This document shows positions 16,792 through 24,097 of a stretch of 64,000 nucleotides of DNA, in pieces (positions within the stretch are counted from its first letter, which is position 1; each line of letters opens with the position of its first letter). The position numbers and the translations under genes were made by a program. Source of the DNA: a virus; the IMG/VR virus record IMGVR_UViG_3300027659_000011, positions 1 through 64,000 of that record; one strand, 5' to 3'. The notes below the pieces were generated by a model that had not been told where the DNA came from, searched no databases, and was given only the letters and a program-made list of their open reading frames with translations.

Positions 16792-17063
16792 AAAATACAA
16801 CATAGGTGTTTATACCTATTGACAAATACAAATGAATACTTTTGTTTGCAAAAGTAAGTGGTCGCTTAAAGCGACCAGTACATGCGAAGTAAGTGCTCAC
16901 TTCGCAGTGGCGCCTACACTGGCGCACACACTTTGGCGCACGCACTAAGGCGCCACTTCGGGGCGAAGTGAGTGCTCACTTCGGAAAGTGTAAGTGAGTA
17001 CTCACTTCGCTGAGTAACCCTACTGGCATCAGGGTCTTTATTGATTATAAGGGTAAACCCTTA
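16792..17063. repeat. Repeat module 6
   Basis: AAAATACAACATAGGTGTTTA; TGGTCGCTTAAAGCGACCA 16859-16877; three AAGTRAGTRCTCACTT palindromes (16883, 16964, 16992); four GGCGC units; TAAGGGTAAACCCTTA. Confidence 0.85.
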
Positions 17064-17219
17064 ATCAATATCTATTCTGATTATCTTATTATCTTTTACA
17101 GTAAAATACATATTAAGGTTATTCATTATAACCCATATACAGTTATTACCCTGTTTCAAAACCCAAGTATAGGCAGAGTATTTTCTAGCCATATATTCAT
17201 TTACAATTTGATAATCCAT
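17061..17219 (-). CDS. Hypothetical protein, 52 aa (not in ORF track)
   Basis: MDYQIVNEYMARKY...IIRIDID; GGAG RBS. Confidence 0.5.
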   Translation of the reverse strand: MDYQIVNEYMARKYSAYTWVLKQGNNCIWVIMNNLNMYFTVKDNKIIRIDID

Positions 17220-17220
17220 T

Positions 17221-17340
17221 TTATTCTCCCGAAAAGTATTGTGATAATGCCGAACGATATTCTGTCATATTATTAAAACGAATATCATGCTTAATGCAAA
17301 ATGATTTGAATTGTATTATTTGTTTTTCAGTATATTTCAT
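17221..17340 (-). CDS. Hypothetical protein, 39 aa (not in ORF track)
   Basis: MKYTEKQIIQFKSFCIKHDIRF...; AGGA RBS. Confidence 0.45.
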   Translation of the reverse strand: MKYTEKQIIQFKSFCIKHDIRFNNMTEYRSALSQYFSGE

Positions 17341-17383
17341 TATATATAATCCTATTATATAATAAGGGTTTCCCCTTATTATA

Positions 17384-17773
17384 TTATCCATTCATTCCGA
17401 TTTTGTTGCATAATGCCCGAAACTGAGATAATGGCATATCTGAACGCATCCGATTAATACCATCACAGGCTAAGATAATATTGCCGACATTATAACCTTG
17501 AGCATTATCTATTCTATCCATTGTGCATAATGTAAATATAACAGCACCTTCAATTAATCCACGTTCAATGGTCATTATCTCACCAGTATGAAAACATTTT
17601 CCATCTTGACCATAATATAATCCGCAAAGATAATCGATTGTGACATTATCGTCAGAAACCCGATTATTCATTTTATCCCTTGAACGTGCCATTTTAAGGG
17701 ATTTTGCAAAAAAGTGTTGTAAGGGTGAACGTGTGCTTTTAGCCATTTTGAGAACCTCTGTTTTGTTGAACAT
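17384..17773 (-). CDS. HNH/His-Me-finger nuclease-like protein (start possibly 17746)
   Basis: QDGKCFHTG...TMDRIDNAQGYNVGNIILAC..IN. Confidence 0.6.
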   Translation of the reverse strand: MFNKTEVLKMAKSTRSPLQHFFAKSLKMARSRDKMNNRVSDDNVTIDYLCGLYYGQDGKCFHTGEIMTIERGLIEGAVIFTLCTMDRIDNAQGYNVGNIILACDGINRMRSDMPLSQFRALCNKIGMNG

Positions 17774-18039
17774 GAGTTATTATAGCGTGTTTTTAGCATG
17801 GTCAAACCCCTAATTTTAAACCTTGAAAACAAAGGTATTCAATTTGAAATATTTGTGCTAAAATACAACATAGGTGTTTACCCTTAGTACGTTAAAAGTG
17901 AGTACTTTGGTTCACAAACATACTATACCCCTAGGGGTAGGGCGGTTAGTAGACTTTCGTTTTCACATTGTATGCTGGGCCCACCGTCATGCGGTATTTT
18001 TAAGAATATTCTACAAAACTTTGGGTGCCAAATCTAGGC

Positions 18040-18123
18040 TTGACAATAACGGTGTGTTATGCTATAATCTACTATCGCCAAAAAATTTTCAACTTGCTCC
18101 TAAACTGCCCTTGGTGTTATAAT
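18040..18123 (+). promoter_or_regulatory. Tandem promoters of the late/packaging operon
   Basis: TTGACA-17-TATAAT (18040-18068) and TTGCTC-18-TATAAT (18094-18123). Confidence 0.7.
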
Positions 18124-18142
18124 GTGAGCAAAGAGGCCTTAA

Positions 18143-18643
18143 ATGTCAAAAAATCTACCTACTCATACTCCTGCTGAAGTCTTGGAAATCTCACCGGAAA
18201 GTTTAGAAATTGCTAATAGTTATCTGCAACTTCAAGACGCTCACCAAGTTGCTGACAACTTGGATATTCCTGTACATCTTGTAACCACAACCTTAAATCG
18301 CAGAGATGTAAAAGCCTATATCGATCAAGTGTTTTTTGACGTAGGTTTTAACAACCGATTTAAAATGCGCTCAGCGATGGATGCCATCATCAAGAAAAAG
18401 TTCCAAGAGTTGGAAGAAGCCGAGATTGGGTCGAATAAAGACATTTCAGAACTGCTTGCACTTTCGCATAAGATGACCATGGAACAACTAGATCGTCAGA
18501 TTGAGTTGGAAAAAGTCCGATCACAGCAAATCAAGTCGCAGGTAAATGTGCAGATCAATGATGGTGGCGGTCAAGCTGGTGACGGTACCAGATATGGCCG
18601 TTTAATACAACAACTAGTAAATCTAGACGGAGACGAAAAATAA
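18143..18643 (+). CDS. terS: Terminase small subunit (T5-like)
   Basis: ISPESLEIANSYL...YIDQVFFDVGFNNR..., size and position at the head of the late operon match T5-like TerS as recalled. Confidence 0.7.
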   Translation: MSKNLPTHTPAEVLEISPESLEIANSYLQLQDAHQVADNLDIPVHLVTTTLNRRDVKAYIDQVFFDVGFNNRFKMRSAMDAIIKKKFQELEEAEIGSNKDISELLALSHKMTMEQLDRQIELEKVRSQQIKSQVNVQINDGGGQAGDGTRYGRLIQQLVNLDGDEK

Positions 18644-19338
18644 TGTTCGGTGCAAATTATACAGCTAACGGAGTCATCAACTATCGTTCAGCCTCAGAAA
18701 TTAACTCAGCTATGGGTCGTGTGTACGCACACATGAGCATAGCCGTGATGGTATCAATGTTTGTTAGCTACTGGGTTGGCACTACTCCAGAATTACTACA
18801 ATTCTTTTTTACGGGCTGGTTAAAGTGGGCAGTAATCTTCGCACCTTTAGCAGCAGTATTTGGGGTCACCTATGTATTAGGCACTAATCCTAGTAAGAGT
18901 ACTGCACAACTTTGTTTACATGGCTTTGCAGCCTTGATGGGACTAAGTCTTTCTACCATATTTGCCGTATTTGCTATGGGATCAATTGTTTCAGCATTTA
19001 TGGGAGCCAGCATCTTATTCGCTGTGCTAAGTGCTTATGGTTACTTTACTAAGCAAAACCTAGATAGCCTAGGTAAGTTCTTGTTTGTAGGATTGATTGC
19101 CATCATTTTAGCTAGCATTGTCAACATTTTTATTGGCTCAACTGTTATGGCTACAGTAATATCAGCGGTAGCTATTGTTATATTTTTAGGCTTAACTGCT
19201 TATGACACGCAAAAGATTCGTGAAGCATTAAGTATCAACATAAGTGATAGTGCTGAAGTATCTGGAGCACTAACTCTATACATGGACTTCATTAACTTAT
19301 TCATAAGCTTATTACAGCTATTCGGCGATAGAAAATGA
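18643..19338 (+). CDS. Bax inhibitor-1/YccA family membrane protein
   Basis: Seven TM segments; LTAYDTQKI and ALTLYMDFINLFISLL. Confidence 0.9.
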   Translation: MFGANYTANGVINYRSASEINSAMGRVYAHMSIAVMVSMFVSYWVGTTPELLQFFFTGWLKWAVIFAPLAAVFGVTYVLGTNPSKSTAQLCLHGFAALMGLSLSTIFAVFAMGSIVSAFMGASILFAVLSAYGYFTKQNLDSLGKFLFVGLIAIILASIVNIFIGSTVMATVISAVAIVIFLGLTAYDTQKIREALSINISDSAEVSGALTLYMDFINLFISLLQLFGDRK

Positions 19339-19637
19339 AATATTTGCTAGCATTAACACTTCTAGTATCAAGCGTTGTGACGGCACAGTCCATAGTTATA
19401 CAAAAGCCCGTAACTTGTACAGAAACTAAAATGTTATTGCAAGGATTAACAAGTAGTGATTACAAAGAAACTCCTTTATGGTTAGGCATAGAGCCTGGTG
19501 CTGAAGTATCAAAGTACAGCGTGTTTGTTAACCCGCAAACCAAAACCTGGACAATAATCCAGTTTAATGATAAAATAGCTTGCGTACTAGGTACAGGTAC
19601 AGAAAGCACCCAAGTATTTAACGGACCTAAGGTATAA
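19335..19637 (+). CDS. Hypothetical exported protein
   Basis: Signal-peptide-like N-terminus; KPV.C...TWTII...AC.LG.G. Confidence 0.6.
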   Translation: MKYLLALTLLVSSVVTAQSIVIQKPVTCTETKMLLQGLTSSDYKETPLWLGIEPGAEVSKYSVFVNPQTKTWTIIQFNDKIACVLGTGTESTQVFNGPKV

Positions 19638-19639
19638 TA

Positions 19640-20263
19640 ATGCTAGAAACAATTTGTGAAGTAATGACAGATGCTTATAAACGTAATTGGATTACCTCCA
19701 GAGATGGTAATGCCTCAATACGTCATCAAGATCGAGATCACTTCTATGTTACTCCTACAGGTGTTCGTAAGCAAACCTTGCAACCAGACCAATTTAAAAA
19801 GATGGGTATTAGATCCACTGGTTATGGTTTGTACGCAACCCCCTTAATGTACACAGATATTAGTCATAACTTAAAGCCTAGTGGTGAATTGCCCATGCAT
19901 TTTGGACTTCAGCAAAAGATCAACACTGAAGTTAGAGTAATTTTACACTTTCATCCAACATATACCATAGCTGCAATGTATGCAGGTATTCAGCTACCTG
20001 AGTTGCTAAAAGAGTTTCCAGAACTCAGTAGATATACTAGCGTAGCTCCTAATGTACCCATGCTGCCTCCGATATCACAAGAACTAGCAGACGCCTGCAT
20101 TGACGCCTTAGGATACAATAAGGATTCAGGTGATGTTGAATATAACATAGTAGGTATGGACCGACACGGAGTAATTGCTGTTGATACTAGTCCCTGGCGT
20201 GCCTATGAGCACATTGAACGCCTAGAACACATCTGCAAGATTGTACTTGCGTCAGGAAAGTAA
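19640..20263 (+). CDS. Class II aldolase/adducin family protein
   Basis: DGNAS.R, PTG..K, PSGE..MH, HFHP and HG motifs. Confidence 0.85.
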   Translation: MLETICEVMTDAYKRNWITSRDGNASIRHQDRDHFYVTPTGVRKQTLQPDQFKKMGIRSTGYGLYATPLMYTDISHNLKPSGELPMHFGLQQKINTEVRVILHFHPTYTIAAMYAGIQLPELLKEFPELSRYTSVAPNVPMLPPISQELADACIDALGYNKDSGDVEYNIVGMDRHGVIAVDTSPWRAYEHIERLEHICKIVLASGK

Positions 20264-20264
20264 A

Positions 20265-21059
20265 ATGGCTAATACTTATAGGTCAATTTTCATATCGGAC
20301 GTACATTTAGGTACTCGTGATTGTCAGGCCGATAAGTTAAATAACTTCTTAAAGAACAATTCGTGCGATACTCTCTACTTAGTAGGCGATATTATAGACG
20401 CATGGAGAATACAGCAGAATAAGTGGCGTTGGAAGCAGTCGCACACTAATGTAGTGCGTAGAGTTCTAGGCCATGCTAAACGCGGTACCCGAGTAGTATA
20501 CGTAGCAGGTAATCATGACGAATTCCTAAGACCAATGATTCCTTATGGATTTAGTTTTGGGTTAGTGGAAATACACAATCAAATAGAGCATATAGGTGCT
20601 GATGGAAAACACTACCTAGTAGTACACGGTGATCTATTTGATGGTATTACCAGATTAGCACCTTGGATAGCTTTTCTAGGAGATCGTGCATATGATTTCA
20701 TCCTTAGTATCAATAGTAAGTACAATTGGATACGTCATCGTATGGGTTTTGGTTACTTTAGCCTTAGCCAGTTCCTTAAGCATAGAGTTAAAAAAGCTGT
20801 AGACTTTATGTTTAAGTTTGAACATAACTTAGCAGGTTATTGTAAAAAACGTGGCTTTGATGGAGTAATATGTGGACATATACATCATGCTGAGATAAAA
20901 GATATTGATGGTGTTAGGTACATGAATGATGGTGACTGGGTTGAGTCGTGCACTGCCTTAGTAGAGCATCATTCAGGTCACTGGGAAATAGTTACATGGA
21001 CAAGGAGCAGCGATGAACCTAAGAGAGAAGATAACGATTGTAATACCCTCGAAGAATGA
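20265..21059 (+). CDS. LpxH-like metallophosphoesterase (UDP-2,3-diacylglucosamine hydrolase family)
   Basis: FISDVHLG, LVGDIID, GNHD, HGD, CGHIH and NDGDWVES. Confidence 0.85.
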   Translation: MANTYRSIFISDVHLGTRDCQADKLNNFLKNNSCDTLYLVGDIIDAWRIQQNKWRWKQSHTNVVRRVLGHAKRGTRVVYVAGNHDEFLRPMIPYGFSFGLVEIHNQIEHIGADGKHYLVVHGDLFDGITRLAPWIAFLGDRAYDFILSINSKYNWIRHRMGFGYFSLSQFLKHRVKKAVDFMFKFEHNLAGYCKKRGFDGVICGHIHHAEIKDIDGVRYMNDGDWVESCTALVEHHSGHWEIVTWTRSSDEPKREDNDCNTLEE

Positions 21060-21723
21060 GGAAAAGTATATAGCCCACTTATTAGATGATCTAATAATTC
21101 AAGGAGTAGGCTTTACCAAGATCATCGTTGCTGATTGCTCAACTGACCGGACTCGTGAAGTAGTAGACCGCTATCGACCACAGCTTGATATTCAAGTAAT
21201 AGATGGTGGACCCGTTAGTTATGCTAAAAATAAAGCTGCTAAACTGGTTACTACCCCTTATATTTTATTTATAGATGCTGATGTTAGATTCTTTAAAACA
21301 ACAGTTATCCAAGATGCAGTATCAGCTGCTGAGTCAGATAATTTAGATCTTGTTGGATTAAATGCTCGTTGTTATGATGAGGATATACGAGCTAAAATTG
21401 GTTTTGCCATCTTTAACGTTATAAATAATATTTTAAAGCATACTTCACCTTTTGCAGTTGGTGCGTTTATGCTGACACGCAGAGATCGTTTTGAACAGCT
21501 AGGTGGTTTCCCTGAACAGTTTACTACATCAGAAGACTACTTCTTATCTCGAATGTACAGCCCTAAAAAGTTTAAACTACTAAACCACTATTTTGGACAA
21601 GATTCACGTAGGTTTAAAAAGATGGGATATCTTGGTATGGCAACTTATTTAATTAAAAATTTCTGGAATAGAAATAATCGTGCATATTGGGATCGACTAG
21701 ATAGCAGTAAGTACTGGAGTTAA
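21013..21723 (+). CDS. Glycosyltransferase family 2
   Basis: IVIPSKNEE, DCSTDRT, FIDAD, GGF...SED. Confidence 0.85.
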   Translation: MNLREKITIVIPSKNEEKYIAHLLDDLIIQGVGFTKIIVADCSTDRTREVVDRYRPQLDIQVIDGGPVSYAKNKAAKLVTTPYILFIDADVRFFKTTVIQDAVSAAESDNLDLVGLNARCYDEDIRAKIGFAIFNVINNILKHTSPFAVGAFMLTRRDRFEQLGGFPEQFTTSEDYFLSRMYSPKKFKLLNHYFGQDSRRFKKMGYLGMATYLIKNFWNRNNRAYWDRLDSSKYWS

Positions 21724-21724
21724 A

Positions 21725-22111
21725 ATGAGCTACTCAGACAAAGTCATAGATCACTATGAAAATCCTAGGAATGTTGGTAAGTTTGATAAGTCAGACCCCA
21801 GCATAGGTACTGGAATGGTAGGTGCACCTGCTTGCGGCGACGTAATGAAACTACAAATAAAGGTTGACCATGATACAGGTATTATTACAGATGCGCGCTT
21901 TAAAACGTATGGCTGCGGATCGGCTATTGCGAGTTCGAGCCTTGTTACAGAATGGGTCAAAGGAAAAACTCTTGACGAAGCTGCTTCAATCAAAAACTCC
22001 CAAATCGCAGAAGAACTAGCCCTGCCTCCAGTTAAGATACATTGTTCAATTCTAGCAGAAGATGCTATCAAGGCAGCCGTAAATGATTACCGTAACCGAC
22101 ACAGCAAGTAA
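21725..22111 (+). CDS. iscU: Fe-S cluster scaffold protein IscU
   Basis: YSDKVIDHYENPRNVG, APACGDVM, FKTYGCGSAIASSS, LPPVKIHCS. Confidence 0.95.
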   Translation: MSYSDKVIDHYENPRNVGKFDKSDPSIGTGMVGAPACGDVMKLQIKVDHDTGIITDARFKTYGCGSAIASSSLVTEWVKGKTLDEAASIKNSQIAEELALPPVKIHCSILAEDAIKAAVNDYRNRHSK

Positions 22112-22409
22112 GCGAATCAAACAAAATTTATCTAAACGTGGTAAGGGTGTAGGAATACGCATAGGTGTTAGAACTACAGGTTGTAGTGGCTTAGCGTACG
22201 TATTAGAATATGTAGACACTTTTGAATATGAAGTAGGTGTTATAAATTATGCCCAACCTACTTTTGCAATATTAGTAAGCGCTAAGGATGAGCCTTACTT
22301 AAAAGGTTTGACAATGGACTGGGTTCGTAACGGACTAAATGAAGGATTTGAATTTAAAAATCCAAATGAACGTGATCGCTGTGGTTGCGGAGAAAGTTTC
22401 AGAGTATGA
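22083..22409 (+). CDS. iscA: A-type Fe-S carrier IscA
   Basis: [22 protein letters not shown]...CGCGESF. Confidence 0.9.
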   Translation: MITVTDTASKRIKQNLSKRGKGVGIRIGVRTTGCSGLAYVLEYVDTFEYEVGVINYAQPTFAILVSAKDEPYLKGLTMDWVRNGLNEGFEFKNPNERDRCGCGESFRV

Positions 22410-22729
22410 TAACGATAACAGAATCAGCAAAAATAAAGATATTAGACCTTCTAGCTGAAGAAGGTAACCCCAACTTAAATCTAAGAACATTTGTTCAAGG
22501 TGGTGGATGCTCTGGAATGAGCTATGGATTTACATTTGACGAAATAATGAATGAAGATGATTTTGAATTACCTTTAGATAACTATAAATTACTAGTAGAT
22601 GCTATTAGTATGCAGTACTTAGAAGGTGCAAGTATAGATTATAAAGAGGATTTACAAGGTTCAGAATTTAAAATAACTAATCCAAACGCACAGTCAACTT
22701 GTGGATGTGGAAGTAGTTTCGCAGTATAA
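22406..22729 (+). CDS. erpA: A-type Fe-S carrier ErpA
   Basis: [29 protein letters not shown]. Confidence 0.85.
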   Translation: MITITESAKIKILDLLAEEGNPNLNLRTFVQGGGCSGMSYGFTFDEIMNEDDFELPLDNYKLLVDAISMQYLEGASIDYKEDLQGSEFKITNPNAQSTCGCGSSFAV

Positions 22730-22736
22730 GGTAACA

Positions 22737-24062
22737 ATGCTTAAAATTTCTAGATCTGATATTGACTCAGAATCAATAACAGAATTCCCAGCTGATCGTA
22801 GGTTTATCAAGTTACCTATTATCAACTATCTTAAACTGCTTCCAGCTTATGATCCAGAAACAGGCGTGACTACTACAGCCTGGGATCAAGTGAATAGAGC
22901 GCAAATAGCTCTTATAAATGCAGTTAACAATCCTAAATATCGCTTTGTGTGTGCAGCTCTTGCTCGCAGACTAGGCAAAACTTATATCGCTAATGTTATC
23001 GGACAACTGGTAATGTTGGTTCCTGGTTGTAATATATTAATTATATCGCCAAACTATACCCTATCGTCAATTTCATTTGAACTACAGCGCAGATTGATTC
23101 GTAGCTTCGACCTAGAAGTTGAACGAGACAACGTAAAAGACAAAATCTTAGAGTTAACTAACGGATCAACTATTCGTTTAGGTAGTTTAAGTACTGTAGA
23201 CTCTTGCGTAGGTCGCAGCTACGATCTTATCATATTTGATGAAGCCGCACTAGGAGATGGTGAAGCAGCATTTAATGTAGCCCTTCGACCTACCTTAGAC
23301 CGCCCAGGATCAAAAGCAATCTTTATTTCAACACCTCGTGGTAAGAACAACTGGTTCTCAAGATTCTTTGACCGCGGGTTTCAGGACAAGTATCCTGAAT
23401 GGGCCTCAATTACAGCAGACTACACTGAAAATCAGCGTATGAGTGAGTCAGACGTTCAAGAAGCTCGTACAGTTATGTCAAAAGCTGAATTTGAACAAGA
23501 ATACATGGCTTCCTTTTCAACTTACGAAGGTCAGATATTTAAGTTTGATGAAGATCGATTTATTGAAGAGTATGAAGCAGATGACGGTGATGAAATCATT
23601 GCAGGACTTGACCCAGGTTACAAAGATCCCACTGCGTTTGTAGTAATAGTGTACAAAGCCAAAACAGACAGTTACCACATAGTAGATGAATACCAAGAAG
23701 CACAAGCTACCACTGAAGGCCATGTGGAGAAGATGCAAGAGTTAATAGATAAGTGGAATATAGAAACTATCTTTATTGACTCAGCTGCTGCTCAATTTGC
23801 TGCTGATCTTGCTTACACTTACGACATTGCTACTATTAAAGCTAAAAAGTCAGTTCTTGATGGATTAGCAATGGTTGCCTCACTTGTAGAGCAAGGCAGA
23901 GTAAAAGTATCTCCTCAGTGTGAAAATGTTCGTATAATGTTTAATGAATATCGCTGGGATCATAAAACTAATCTGCTTAAAGAGCGACCAGAACATGGTA
24001 TGGCTTCTCACTGTGCTGACGCTACACGTTATGCAATTTATACTTTCACCACTGGCGGCTGA
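22737..24062 (+). CDS. terL: Terminase large subunit (T5-like)
   Basis: Walker A ARRLGKT, Walker B LIIFDE, ISTPRG, nuclease GLDPG and H..DA.RY. Confidence 0.92.
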   Translation: MLKISRSDIDSESITEFPADRRFIKLPIINYLKLLPAYDPETGVTTTAWDQVNRAQIALINAVNNPKYRFVCAALARRLGKTYIANVIGQLVMLVPGCNILIISPNYTLSSISFELQRRLIRSFDLEVERDNVKDKILELTNGSTIRLGSLSTVDSCVGRSYDLIIFDEAALGDGEAAFNVALRPTLDRPGSKAIFISTPRGKNNWFSRFFDRGFQDKYPEWASITADYTENQRMSESDVQEARTVMSKAEFEQEYMASFSTYEGQIFKFDEDRFIEEYEADDGDEIIAGLDPGYKDPTAFVVIVYKAKTDSYHIVDEYQEAQATTEGHVEKMQELIDKWNIETIFIDSAAAQFAADLAYTYDIATIKAKKSVLDGLAMVASLVEQGRVKVSPQCENVRIMFNEYRWDHKTNLLKERPEHGMASHCADATRYAIYTFTTGG

Positions 24063-24097
24063 TCACCGCTAGTTTTTAAACCTAACCAACTATAAAA

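Noticed and set aside
11490-17010. Repeats as a CRISPR or mini-CRISPR array
   Set aside because: Spacing is irregular, there are no constant-length unique spacers, the units are dyad-symmetric operator-like sites, and no cas genes are present.
11650-17900. Restriction-site avoidance in the putative first-injected DNA
   Set aside because: GATC sites are present, and any depletion of other palindromes could not be quantified by eye.
11364-17910. True integron with attC sites
   Set aside because: No tyrosine recombinase in the window, no consistent RYYYAAC...GTTRRRY attC structure could be verified, and cassettes carry their own promoters.
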